From Promethearchaeota archaeon (GTDB lineage Archaea; Asgardarchaeota; Lokiarchaeia; Sigyniarchaeales; SOKP01), in the NCBI GenBank assembly GCA_048939995.1, contig JBHLOY010000013.1, positions 1 through 64,000 on the forward strand: DNA of 64,000 bases, read 5' to 3'. The notes beneath the pieces were generated by a model. That model ran no database searches and was not told the DNA's origin. It was given only the letters and a program-made list of their open reading frames with translations. A program made the position numbers and the translations under genes. Each line of letters begins with the position of its first letter. Position 1 is the first letter of the stretch. This document shows positions 20,475 through 30,456 of this stretch, in pieces.

Positions 20475-21278
20475 ATGATGAAAAATATAATTAAAAAATA
20501 TCCATTAATAAGTTATTTTATCATTGCTTGGATATCAACATGGATTTTGGTCTTACCCTTAATTCTTACCAATTTTGGTCTTCTTTCGGTAGATATGAAT
20601 TGGCATTTTCTAGGTGCACTTGGACCAACTATCTCAGCGATTATTGTAGTTTATATTACTGCTAAAAAGCAAGGGCTTAAGGAATTAAAAAATACGAGTT
20701 TTAAATGGAGAATAGGAGCTTTTTGGATTCTCTTTTCCGCTTTGATAATGCCATTTTTCTTGTTGTTAGCTATTTTACTAAATTTCTTTTTTACAGGGAA
20801 TTTCATAGATTTAATTGGATATCTTATTGATAATGGCATCTCAAGTCCACTTACATTTTTCATATGGATATGGGTTGGGGCTATTGCGTATGGATTATTT
20901 GAAGAAATTGGATGGAGAGGGTATGCCTTACCCAAATTACAAGAGAAGTATAACTCACTAATCGCTACCATTATTCTTACAATTGGTTGGGCCTTTTGGC
21001 ACTTCCCTATGTTTCTTTATCACTTTTCAGTTGATATGTTATTTGGATGGCTTTATAGCCTATTTATGGGCTCAATAATAGTAACCTTCCTCTTTAATAG
21101 CTCTGGAGGAAGTGCATTTGCAACCATCTTATTCCATATCACGAATAATCTTGTATGGCTCTTTAATATTGCTGAGCTACAAATCTACTTAACCATAATG
21201 ATAACTATATTCGCTTTTATTATATTGGTTGTGTGGAGAACAAGGGTATCAACAAGAAAAGATATTCTAAAAAAATAA
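20475..21278 (+). CDS. CPBP (CAAX/Abi) intramembrane metalloprotease
   Basis: EEIGWRG, WAFWH, FH..NN motifs. Confidence 0.9.
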   Translation: MMKNIIKKYPLISYFIIAWISTWILVLPLILTNFGLLSVDMNWHFLGALGPTISAIIVVYITAKKQGLKELKNTSFKWRIGAFWILFSALIMPFFLLLAILLNFFFTGNFIDLIGYLIDNGISSPLTFFIWIWVGAIAYGLFEEIGWRGYALPKLQEKYNSLIATIILTIGWAFWHFPMFLYHFSVDMLFGWLYSLFMGSIIVTFLFNSSGGSAFATILFHITNNLVWLFNIAELQIYLTIMITIFAFIILVVWRTRVSTRKDILKK

Positions 21279-21402
21279 TTTAATCTTTTTTTCTTAAATT
21301 TTTTCTTAATTGTATGATAATTACTCTTTAAGTTATTGAGGTAATTTTTAAATAGAATTTTATACTACATTTTGATTAATAAATACTACATAGGTGAATT
21401 TA

Positions 21403-22041
21403 TTGTTTAAGAAATTTATGGACGCTTTAGGTTTAACAAGTAACAAGATTAGTGATTTAGTTAAGGAGAGTAATCACTATATCAATGCCGAAGAAAATGT
21501 GACCAAAGATATTAACAAAACTATGACTGCCTTAAAAAGTTATGCAGAGACAGAAACACCTTCATTGGGAGAAGCCATAAATTCATTGGCTCAAACTTTT
21601 GAAATCATTGAAATAGAACGCAAGGAGAAAGTATCCAAGCTAAGAGAGCAATATATTGCTCCTTTGAATAATTTGATCGCACATTTAAAAAGGTTACAAA
21701 CTGAGCAAGACGAGGCAACAAAAGCAGTTAAAGAAGTTGAAAAAGCTGAAAAAACTCTTAGTAAGGCTCAGAGTAAACCCAATGAAAAATTAAAACCGGG
21801 CGAAATAGAAAGTGCTGAGACTGCTTTAAAAGCCGCGAAACAAAAAGCAAAAAAAGAAGAAAACGATGCAAAGACTGCCGCAGAAGAATTTAACAAGGTA
21901 AAATTAGAAACAATCCAGAAAGTTCTCCGTAATATGGTAGAGATTGAAAAATTATACCATGAAAAGATACTCACCGCTATCTCAAATGTCAAACAAAAAG
22001 CTGAAGCAATAAAGATCGAGGAAGAATCTAAGATAGCATAA
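21403..22041 (+). CDS. BAR-domain protein (FAM92/CIBAR-like)
   Basis: All-helical three-helix BAR pattern: YAETETP.L, ER...V.KL...YIAPL, I..AET.L, F...K...I......IE..YH.K.L. Likely TTG start at 21403 after AGGTGA (ORF track start 21394). Confidence 0.7.
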   Translation: MFKKFMDALGLTSNKISDLVKESNHYINAEENVTKDINKTMTALKSYAETETPSLGEAINSLAQTFEIIEIERKEKVSKLREQYIAPLNNLIAHLKRLQTEQDEATKAVKEVEKAEKTLSKAQSKPNEKLKPGEIESAETALKAAKQKAKKEENDAKTAAEEFNKVKLETIQKVLRNMVEIEKLYHEKILTAISNVKQKAEAIKIEEESKIA

Positions 22042-22073
22042 TTTAGAAATTTTTTTCTCTTTTTTTTCTAATT

Positions 22074-23342
22074 TTAACTTTCCGTGTTAATTGCATTATA
22101 ATACTCATCTTTTATCTTTTGGAGAGTTCTTTTCTTTTGAATACGATAAAACATCAAACATAAAGAACCACTTATTATACTTAAACTGATAACCAACACA
22201 AGCACACCATCCAGATCTAGAGGATAAAAGCCTACTGAAGGGAAGATATAATCTACTAATAATCTTATATATTGAAATTCTCTATTACCAGTAAATATTA
22301 CTATTGAATTCAGGTCAGGAATCACAGCAATTACTTGATCATTTGAACCTCGCGCAGTATACGCATTAAACCATCTGTAGATCCACCACTTGTATCCATA
22401 ACCAGAACCTTCTCCTTGATCAAATTCCACATTCATAAAAGGAGTTATAGATTCGGCTATCCATTCTGAAGGGATAAGTTGAGTACCATTCCAATAACCA
22501 TTATTTAAGTATAAAAATCCAAATTTAGCCATAGCCCTCGGAGTAAGATGCAATAAGGTACCACCATTGGGAATTCCCTGATTATCTGTATACCATTTGT
22601 AGTTAATATTTAAAGGATCAAATATCTTAGCTTCAGCATAAGCACGAGTTCCATTTGGAGTCACCTGGTCAAGAATAGCAGATAAAACATGCGATCCTCC
22701 AGAATTATAATTCCAAACTGTTCCTGGTTGATGTTCCATAGGTCGATCTAATACATATTTAACCCAATCTGAGGTTCCATCCATCTGATAATAATTAATA
22801 TTATCATTCCATGATAATCCAGAAGTCATAGTAATTAGGTGCTTAATAGTGATGGCTTCTTTTTGCGAATCTAAATTAGCAAAGGTTTTATTAGGGAAGA
22901 AATCAAGAACGTGCTCATCAACTCCCGAGATATAATTTTCCTCAATTGCAACCCCTATCAAGGCAGAAATGAACACTTTGGTGCACGAAAAGATATGATG
23001 CCTACGATTTTGATGATAAGAGCCTGAAGGATATTTCTCATATACTATATAACCGTTCCGGATAATAAGTAAAGAATCAATATAACGCCTTATATTATAA
23101 TTTTCTATAAATACTTCCATCTCTCTCAATTTTGATATGGCGACTCCTTGATCTCCTGGTAATGAACTCCTCCAGCCTGAAGTCGGCCAATAGGCGGGAT
23201 CTGAGCTTTTGAATTTTAAATCATTAACAAGGGGAACCTGCTTAAAACTTATATTGTGAATGGAGCTTAAATAAAATAAATTGGAAAAAATGAACCCTAA
23301 GCTCAAAATAAATATAAATAACTGCTTAGAAATTTGTTTCAT
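22074..23342 (-). CDS. Membrane-anchored serine hydrolase (beta-lactamase class C/CubicO family)
   Basis: Signal peptide, SCTK (SxxK), YNS, C-terminal TM plus basic tail. Confidence 0.88.
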   Translation of the reverse strand: MKQISKQLFIFILSLGFIFSNLFYLSSIHNISFKQVPLVNDLKFKSSDPAYWPTSGWRSSLPGDQGVAISKLREMEVFIENYNIRRYIDSLLIIRNGYIVYEKYPSGSYHQNRRHHIFSCTKVFISALIGVAIEENYISGVDEHVLDFFPNKTFANLDSQKEAITIKHLITMTSGLSWNDNINYYQMDGTSDWVKYVLDRPMEHQPGTVWNYNSGGSHVLSAILDQVTPNGTRAYAEAKIFDPLNINYKWYTDNQGIPNGGTLLHLTPRAMAKFGFLYLNNGYWNGTQLIPSEWIAESITPFMNVEFDQGEGSGYGYKWWIYRWFNAYTARGSNDQVIAVIPDLNSIVIFTGNREFQYIRLLVDYIFPSVGFYPLDLDGVLVLVISLSIISGSLCLMFYRIQKKRTLQKIKDEYYNAINTES

Positions 23343-23453
23343 AATTAATCAATTATATATTTGTAAATATAAGATATTAATAGTCCAGTTTCTAAAATCA
23401 TGATTCTTGAATATTAAAAATTTATTTATAACAATTGAGAATTATAAACAATT

Positions 23454-23867
23454 ATGCCTAAACCATTTCCTATGAAAATGAAAGGGTTCCACAAATTTGG
23501 AGATTTACTCGGAATTGAATTTACTAAGTTTGAAGAGGGCTATTCGCAGTGTGTTTTACAGATAGATGAAAAACATTTTAATCCACATAGGATAGTACAT
23601 GGAGGGGTGTTATACTCAATGGCAGATACATGTATGGGAGCCGCATTATATTCTCTGTTGGAAAGAGATGAATTATGCGCAACAATTGAGATTAAAATAA
23701 GTTATTTTAAATCTGCGAAAGAAGGAAAAATTACTTGCGATACTAAGGTTATTCAAAGGGGAAAAGCTATAGGTTTCCTTGAATCAGAGATCCTGAATGA
23801 GGGAAATCTTGTAGCAAAAGCTTATGGAACTTTCTCAATTTTTAAAATTAAAAAGAAAATTGATTAA
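23454..23867 (+). CDS. PaaI family thioesterase (hotdog fold)
   Basis: NPHRIVHGGVLYSMADTCMG motif. Confidence 0.9.
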   Translation: MPKPFPMKMKGFHKFGDLLGIEFTKFEEGYSQCVLQIDEKHFNPHRIVHGGVLYSMADTCMGAALYSLLERDELCATIEIKISYFKSAKEGKITCDTKVIQRGKAIGFLESEILNEGNLVAKAYGTFSIFKIKKKID

Positions 23868-23868
23868 T

Positions 23869-24390
23869 ATGCTACCAAGACCCAATACACCACTTTATAA
23901 TTTAACTCATGAAGATAATGAAATTAAGGCCAAAACCCTAAAAAGATGGAGAAGATTGAATAAATACCTCGTTCTTCCACTATATAGATGCTATTTATTA
24001 CCTTTCTTTGGCTTCGGGAGAATCTTCCTCATATTAACTACAAAAGGAAGGAAAACTGGAAAGAAAAGAAGAACTCCATTAGAATATCATCGAATAGATA
24101 ATATTATTATGGTTATTTCGGGTAGAGGAGAAGATGCCGGGTGGATGAAAAATATAAGGCTCAATCCCGATTCTGTATCAGTTAGGCACGGTTTTCATCG
24201 CTTCAAACCAAAAATAGACTACGTTATTGATGAAGACAAAAAACTTCAAATCATTAAATGGTATGTTAAAAAACATGGAAGATCCGCTAAACTTTTATTT
24301 GGGTGGGATCCTAAAATAGATGATCTTGAGACTACAGACTTTTCAAATATATTAAGATTGATCTCAATCATTAGATTTATAAGAGAGTAA
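23869..24390 (+). CDS. Deazaflavin (F420)-dependent nitroreductase family protein
   Basis: LILTTKGRKTGKKRRTPL, W.KNI..NP; start moved to ATG 23869 just after the PaaI stop. Confidence 0.85.
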   Translation: MLPRPNTPLYNLTHEDNEIKAKTLKRWRRLNKYLVLPLYRCYLLPFFGFGRIFLILTTKGRKTGKKRRTPLEYHRIDNIIMVISGRGEDAGWMKNIRLNPDSVSVRHGFHRFKPKIDYVIDEDKKLQIIKWYVKKHGRSAKLLFGWDPKIDDLETTDFSNILRLISIIRFIRE

Positions 24391-24513
24391 AGAAGATTTA
24401 GAAAAAAATTATAAAAACTAAATTAAAACAAGAATTTTTAAAAAAATATGAGAAAATATTTTTATACAAGAGAAATGTATATATTATTATTCACTTTTTA
24501 AAAAGGGTCGAGA

Positions 24514-26589
24514 ATGTTGAAATCATATCATTATTTTGTCCTAATATTACCACTATTACTTATCAGCTTGATTTTTATTAATGTTTTTATTGTTTGGTTT
24601 CCTACTAAGGAACCAATCAAGATTATCGATAACATATACAATAATGAAAATATAGAATTGATTAACTCATCAGTACAGATAAAAAATGAAACAATTAATA
24701 CAGATGAGACATGGAGTGGAAATATACTTATAACTCGAAGTATCACGATATCTAAGGGAGCTGCACTAAGTATTTTGCCCGGGACGATTATCAGATTTAA
24801 ACATTATAGAGGATATAAATTTCCAGATGCAAGGTTAAGCCTTTTTGTTGCAGGGACTATAAAAGCCTTAGGAACATCAGATCAGCAGATTTGGTTTACT
24901 TCTGATGCTGAACCACCAATAAATGGGGATTGGGATGGAATCTATATGAATGGTACTACAGATTCTATATTTAATTATACAATTGTGGAATATGGACTCG
25001 TAGGTATTGTCCAGTTCCACTCTGAATCTATAGTTGCGAATTCAATAGTGAGATGGGTTAATACAGAAGGACTTTATGCAGAGTATTCCAATGTGGAGTA
25101 TGTGAATAATACTTTATATGGAAATGGGTATCACGAAATTGCTTTAGAACAATTTAATAACGCTACTGTTAGAAGGAATATATTTAAAAATGGAATTGTT
25201 GCTTTTCACTCAGAAAATTCAGAAGCATATCTTAAACGAAATTACTTTACTAATTATAGTGGAGACATTGTATCGATTGCCGCTCATTCAAATGCAACTT
25301 TAGAAGAAAACATTTTTGATCCATCTTTAACGAGTCCTCAAGTCACAGTGACCCCAAATGCCAATGTTACTTTAATTAATAATGATAATGGAACTATGAC
25401 TTTACCAATTCCAGTATTTGATTATCTGGACATGCAAAACTATACATTGGGTTATATACCAGGGGATCCAGAAGATCAATACCCATATGTTTATGACACT
25501 ATAGATGAGACGAGAAAGGTTATAAAAAGAGTAGGATTAGGTCTAAGTTTTGGCTGGGCTTTAGAATTTGCTATGGGTTACCTTTGGCGATTTGACTTTT
25601 GGAATGCTCAGATTGGGAGTGCATTAAATTTTATAAGAATGGAACCAGATACGGGGAACTATATTGAAATCAAAAATGATGTCATTGAAAATGCGCGAGG
25701 CTTAGCTTGGGATGGAGAATATTTTTTCGCATACGATCATAGTCAACTCAAGATTTTCAAATTTAATATCTCTGGGAACGAAATCTTAATTAATGATTTT
25801 TTCGATCTACCCAAAAAAGAAGAAGGTGGCGTACAAGGATTGACTTCTGATGGAGAATTTCTCTATATTCCAAGTAGAGGGGGAGCGCTAGTAAGAAAAG
25901 TAAATAAGTCTGGAGCAATTATTGACGAGATTAACATTACTGGAGAAGGTGTTAGTGGGGGGCTAGTATGGACAGGGACACATTTTTGGGGCGTTACGGG
26001 GGGAGGAAATTTAACCAAATATACACATGATTGGCAAATCGTTGGGCAATTTTATCCGGTAGCCGATGGGACATGGGCAATTGCTTGGGATAGAGATTAT
26101 TTATGGGCCCTTCAGAGAACGTGTGAAAGCTGGGTTGATGCAAAAATGTTCCAAATTAAGCCATTAATATCAACTAAAACTGATTATTTAATAATAAAAG
26201 ATGACAGCCCTCATACAATAACAGTTAAATCTAATTCCTCTGATTATGGACTTCGGTTTAATGAATCCCGGGATGAAATTAGCTTTGAAATTTACGGTAG
26301 AGCTGGGAGCAAAGGAAAATGTGATGTTTCTATTCCCAAAGCATTAGTACTTACACCATACGCGGTATCTATTGATGGAATTCCAATCGACTTTAGTATA
26401 AGCACCAAGGAAACACAAATTGTAGTTCATTTCGAATATCAGCATAGTTATCATGAAATTAAAATTCACTTGGAAATTGAATCAACAACACCTACTATTC
26501 CGTGGATTCACATTCTTCCTTATTCTATGATCTCTATTGCGATATTTAATGTTTGGGTGTATTATAAGAGGAAAAAAAGTTTTGAATGA
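24514..26589 (+). CDS. Secreted/membrane-anchored protein: right-handed beta-helix, beta-propeller, C-terminal TM
   Basis: IWFTSD...GDWDGI; pectin-lyase-like repeats; GLAWDG/GLTSDG/IAWD blades; TM plus KRKK tail. Confidence 0.75.
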   Translation: MLKSYHYFVLILPLLLISLIFINVFIVWFPTKEPIKIIDNIYNNENIELINSSVQIKNETINTDETWSGNILITRSITISKGAALSILPGTIIRFKHYRGYKFPDARLSLFVAGTIKALGTSDQQIWFTSDAEPPINGDWDGIYMNGTTDSIFNYTIVEYGLVGIVQFHSESIVANSIVRWVNTEGLYAEYSNVEYVNNTLYGNGYHEIALEQFNNATVRRNIFKNGIVAFHSENSEAYLKRNYFTNYSGDIVSIAAHSNATLEENIFDPSLTSPQVTVTPNANVTLINNDNGTMTLPIPVFDYLDMQNYTLGYIPGDPEDQYPYVYDTIDETRKVIKRVGLGLSFGWALEFAMGYLWRFDFWNAQIGSALNFIRMEPDTGNYIEIKNDVIENARGLAWDGEYFFAYDHSQLKIFKFNISGNEILINDFFDLPKKEEGGVQGLTSDGEFLYIPSRGGALVRKVNKSGAIIDEINITGEGVSGGLVWTGTHFWGVTGGGNLTKYTHDWQIVGQFYPVADGTWAIAWDRDYLWALQRTCESWVDAKMFQIKPLISTKTDYLIIKDDSPHTITVKSNSSDYGLRFNESRDEISFEIYGRAGSKGKCDVSIPKALVLTPYAVSIDGIPIDFSISTKETQIVVHFEYQHSYHEIKIHLEIESTTPTIPWIHILPYSMISIAIFNVWVYYKRKKSFE

Positions 26590-26690
26590 AAATTGTTATA
26601 AATTTTTTTTTTTTTAAAATAGATACTAGTTCCAATCCACATATATATTAAAAGCAGTGGATTCTTTTATCATCAATTTTTTTTTTTATT

Positions 26691-27491
26691 ATGACAGAAA
26701 GAATGCCCATCCTTTTCATAGGGCATGGTTCACCTATGAATATCATCTCCGATAATGCATTTACACGCAGTCTGAAAACTTTAGGGATAAGTCTACCTAA
26801 ACCAAAAGCTATTCTAGTAATCTCTGCTCATTGGTTGACTTCTGGGACTAAAATATTATGTAATAAACATCCAGAAACGATACACGATTTTTATGGGTTT
26901 CCAGAAAAGCTTTATCAGCTCCGTTATTCAAGTCTAGGACAACCAGAATTAGCAGGTAAGATCAGCCAAAAGTTTGATAATTATAATGTTAAGTGTGACT
27001 ATAATTGGGGATATGATCATGCTTCTTGGGCAATTTTAAAACATATGTATCCCGAAGCAGACATCCCTATGATAGAGCTAAGCTTAGATTATGACTTTAA
27101 TAGTTGGCGAATCAAACCAATTGAATACCATTATCAATTAGCTCAAAATTTAGCATTTTTGCGGAAGGAAGGGGTTCTGATCATAGGAAGTGGAAATATT
27201 GTACATAACCTCAGGATGATTGATTTTAATGTTAATGCCCCAGTTATGGATTGGGCAAAAGAACTCGATGCACATGTTAAAGAGAAAATAATAAATAAAG
27301 ATCATAATAATCTGATTCATATTGAAAAATTAGGAGTAAATGCGCGATTAGGAATTCCCACTTGGGATCATTATCTTCCTATGATTTATATTTTGGGGCT
27401 TCAGGAGGAGGAGGACCCAATAAAATTTGTGCATGAAGGATTTCAACACGGTTCAATCTCGATGCGATGTTTCCAAATCGGTATTGAATGA
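26691..27491 (+). CDS. ygiD: 4,5-DOPA extradiol dioxygenase (LigB family)
   Basis: MPILFIGHGSPMN, ISAHW, TIHDFYGFP, DHA.W, GSGNIVHNL, PT.DHYLP. Confidence 0.9.
   Translation: MTERMPILFIGHGSPMNIISDNAFTRSLKTLGISLPKPKAILVISAHWLTSGTKILCNKHPETIHDFYGFPEKLYQLRYSSLGQPELAGKISQKFDNYNVKCDYNWGYDHASWAILKHMYPEADIPMIELSLDYDFNSWRIKPIEYHYQLAQNLAFLRKEGVLIIGSGNIVHNLRMIDFNVNAPVMDWAKELDAHVKEKIINKDHNNLIHIEKLGVNARLGIPTWDHYLPMIYILGLQEEEDPIKFVHEGFQHGSISMRCFQIGIE
27336..27491 (+). repeat. Left copy of 156-bp direct repeat (3' end of ygiD)
   Basis: Aligns without gaps to 34419-34574. Confidence 0.85.
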
Positions 27492-27527
27492 TGTCTTAAA
27501 AAAATAGTTTCCATTAATCACATACTT

Positions 27528-28088
27528 TTATTTTAATTTTGTTGGCCTTCTTTTCCAGAGTTTAATCGATTCGAGAATAAATACTCCTGTTCCAAAAATT
27601 AAGAAAATTAAAAAAAGAAAACCTCCTGGATGCGTGATAAAATCATCACCATAGACGCTTGCTAAAAAAAGATATGCTATAAAACCAAGAATATAAAAAA
27701 TTAAGTAAAGCGAAAATCGAGGGACCATAATATATCCAACTCGGATGTAAAATCCCAACATTCCTTTTTTTGATTCCTCACAGGGATAATACTTTCCATT
27801 TATTTCGTTTTTTTTTATGATTCCAGCTCTAGATAACTTTTTTATTTGATATGAAACGGTTCCGGGAGAAGAAAAGTTCAATGATTTCTGAATTTCTCTA
27901 ACTCCCGCATGTTTATGAGTTAGTATATACCAATAGATTTGAAGTGCTTTACCTCTTAATACTTTTCCTTTATTAAAATCGGGATTTATTTCAATATTTG
28001 ATTTTAACTCATAGATTTCATTTCGGAACGCAGACTCAGACGATATTTCAAATTTTTCCTCCTTACTTTCAGCTTCTTCAGAAGTCAA
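27528..28088 (-). CDS. Membrane-tethered winged-HTH regulator (LexA-like DNA-binding domain plus 2 TM)
   Basis: GVREIQKSLNFSSPGTVSYQIKKL..AGII followed by two hydrophobic helices; TTG start overlaps upstream TGA stop (TTGA). Confidence 0.8.
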   Translation of the reverse strand: MTSEEAESKEEKFEISSESAFRNEIYELKSNIEINPDFNKGKVLRGKALQIYWYILTHKHAGVREIQKSLNFSSPGTVSYQIKKLSRAGIIKKNEINGKYYPCEESKKGMLGFYIRVGYIMVPRFSLYLIFYILGFIAYLFLASVYGDDFITHPGGFLFLIFLIFGTGVFILESIKLWKRRPTKLK

Positions 28089-30205
28089 GTTAAATCAAAC
28101 TCTTTTTTAACATTTTTCATTATTTTTCGATTTTTAATAATAGTTAAACTAGCTAAGACTATTATTGGCCCAATAATAATAAGAATGATTGGTAAATAAA
28201 CAAAGGTTAATAAAATTAAGTTTTTCTGACCTAGACGAAGAATCGCATTTCCTTTTAGTTTAACTTCGGAAAAACGGAGATTAGGATTTGAAGAGACAAC
28301 TTCTAACTTATTCCAAGACTGAGTTGTATAGTTCCATTGAAACACTTCTTGTTCTTCGAGGGGATTAGAATAATCTATTTCATCTAAATCGTAATAACAA
28401 CGTAATAGATATTGAGATTTAGATCTATTAACTTGGAGTTCATAAAATTTACCTGTTTCTTGTTGATTAGAGATGAGATTACTTAAATCATGGGTCATTG
28501 TCATATTCCCTTCAAAATGTTGGCTTTCCAAGGCTATAACTCCATCTGTAAAGGGTAAATAAATTGGATCAGAACTAACTTCTATTTTTTCCATTTTATA
28601 GATATCTATATCTTGTAATTGAACCGTATAATTAAAAATAATTCGTCCCATCCTATTCATCTGAACAAATGGAGTTACCTCCTTTGCTCTTAGATATATC
28701 CCTTTTGTTTCCTGTATTAAAAGAAGAGGAGCATCTTCCTGAGCGAGCCGTTGCACCTGAAAGTAATAATATTCACGTTCTTGCCGAATGGGCGTTTGTT
28801 GACCTAAAGATGTAAATAAATCAGCCTCAGAATTTGAATACCTCCCATAATTAATATCCCCTGAAGTATGAAGAAGTCTTCTGGATAGGCTAGGATCTGT
28901 TATAGGAACCCATCCAACAACAAAAAGATCAAAATTACCTGCTTTGAGGTTTTGTCTCGTACCATTGATAGTTGTGCAATGGATACCCACAAGATTGAGA
29001 TCTGCTTTAATCGCGCTTACTTTCTCATAGGAACGTTCAAATCCTACGAGCTCGATATCAAAGCGATATCCATCTCCAAGTCTGGGATATCCCGAACTAT
29101 CTAATATAGTATTTGCTAGATCAACATTATATGGATATCCCTGAATTGATTTATCATTGTATAAATCTCCAGAATAAATAACACTACGAAGTGGGTGCAC
29201 TCCCTTGTTTAGATTTTCAAAATAGTAATTGGTAAACATTTGCTTATTCACAGCATAATTAATCGCTAACCTTACATTTTGGTCATTTAGAATCGGGTGA
29301 AGATGATTAAAATAACCATATTGAATTCCATCAATAGCCAAAGATTCTTCCCAGTAAGTATCATTTTCGGGTAATGGATTAATACCAATTGTAGTGAACT
29401 CTCCTTCATGATTCTCAACAGCAGCTTGAAAATTTCCCATGGATCCATATTTGATATATTGAATTTCTTCAAAAGGAGGAACCCCACGGAAATATTGGTC
29501 GTTTCTGATAAATTTTTGAAATGTTGAATTACTCGAAATCTTATCTAAATAATATGGCCCAGTTCCAATTGGTTCAGTAATGTTCGGACCTCCACTAAAA
29601 CTGTTTGGGGAATAAATCCCACACAATGCAGCCTCTTGATATATAAAGGGAGCATAGGATTGGTTGAAGTTAATAGACACTTTATATTCGTCTAAAATTT
29701 CAATAGATTCTAATGGCATCTGACTAAAATCTATAAATGGATCAGCTACATATGCAGGATGGGTGGGATCAATAAATCGATCATAAGTGAATTTAACTGA
29801 AGTTGCATTAAATTTTGTACCATCACTGAAATTGACATCATCTCGGAGTGTAAAAATCCAGTTCCTACTATTATTTGTGACCACCCATTGTTTAGCTAAT
29901 GCTGGTATAAGTTCTCCTGTATTAAATGAATATTCAACCAAAGGATCGAAAATTATGGTAGCTAAAAATGAAAATTCACGAATCATATCATAATTAATCC
30001 CAAAATCTAATTGTGGTGGCGAAATGTACCTTAGTACTTGAGGGGGGTCGAATTTCGCTGATGATTTAATCTCCTGAGAATTTATTTGTACAGAATCACT
30101 TTCTACAATTTTTTCAATTGACATATTTATTGGAATTATCTGTATTGTAATTAGTACAATAATACAAACTAAAGCAATACGGTTATATTTCATACTATTA
30201 GACAC
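28085..30205 (-). CDS. Family-5 (peptide/nickel-type) solute-binding protein with C-terminal TM anchor; no ABC permease adjacent
   Basis: IFDPLV, PALAKQW, FTLRDDVNFSDGT.FNA..VKFT, PIGTGPY, VRLAINYAVN, NYGRYSN; extra C-terminal domain plus TM. Confidence 0.88.
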   Translation of the reverse strand: MSNSMKYNRIALVCIIVLITIQIIPINMSIEKIVESDSVQINSQEIKSSAKFDPPQVLRYISPPQLDFGINYDMIREFSFLATIIFDPLVEYSFNTGELIPALAKQWVVTNNSRNWIFTLRDDVNFSDGTKFNATSVKFTYDRFIDPTHPAYVADPFIDFSQMPLESIEILDEYKVSINFNQSYAPFIYQEAALCGIYSPNSFSGGPNITEPIGTGPYYLDKISSNSTFQKFIRNDQYFRGVPPFEEIQYIKYGSMGNFQAAVENHEGEFTTIGINPLPENDTYWEESLAIDGIQYGYFNHLHPILNDQNVRLAINYAVNKQMFTNYYFENLNKGVHPLRSVIYSGDLYNDKSIQGYPYNVDLANTILDSSGYPRLGDGYRFDIELVGFERSYEKVSAIKADLNLVGIHCTTINGTRQNLKAGNFDLFVVGWVPITDPSLSRRLLHTSGDINYGRYSNSEADLFTSLGQQTPIRQEREYYYFQVQRLAQEDAPLLLIQETKGIYLRAKEVTPFVQMNRMGRIIFNYTVQLQDIDIYKMEKIEVSSDPIYLPFTDGVIALESQHFEGNMTMTHDLSNLISNQQETGKFYELQVNRSKSQYLLRCYYDLDEIDYSNPLEEQEVFQWNYTTQSWNKLEVVSSNPNLRFSEVKLKGNAILRLGQKNLILLTFVYLPIILIIIGPIIVLASLTIIKNRKIMKNVKKEFDLT

Positions 30206-30282
30206 TTCTTTTTTTATAATATTTCAATAATTTGCTTTTAATTGTTAAATAGTTCATTTTTTTGCTGTTTTATATAATTATC

Positions 30283-30303
30283 TTTTGAACAATATGTTCA
30301 AAA
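30283..30303. promoter_or_regulatory. Palindromic operator TTTTGAAC-N5-GTTCAAAA (copy 1)
   Basis: TTTTGAAC AATAT GTTCAAAA, 78 bp upstream of the SBP gene and adjacent to a minus-strand TATA (TTATATAAAA, 30278-30269). Confidence 0.7.
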
Positions 30304-30456
30304 TGTTGTACACTTATTTCTTTTATAAGATTATGATCCCTCTTAATAAATTTAGAGAATAAAGGTATGACACAAGGAGATTTTTTTGTGCCAAATCCAT
30401 TTTGAGAGATTTTGTAAATTAAAATAAATTCCATTTTATCACTCCTCATTTGTATT

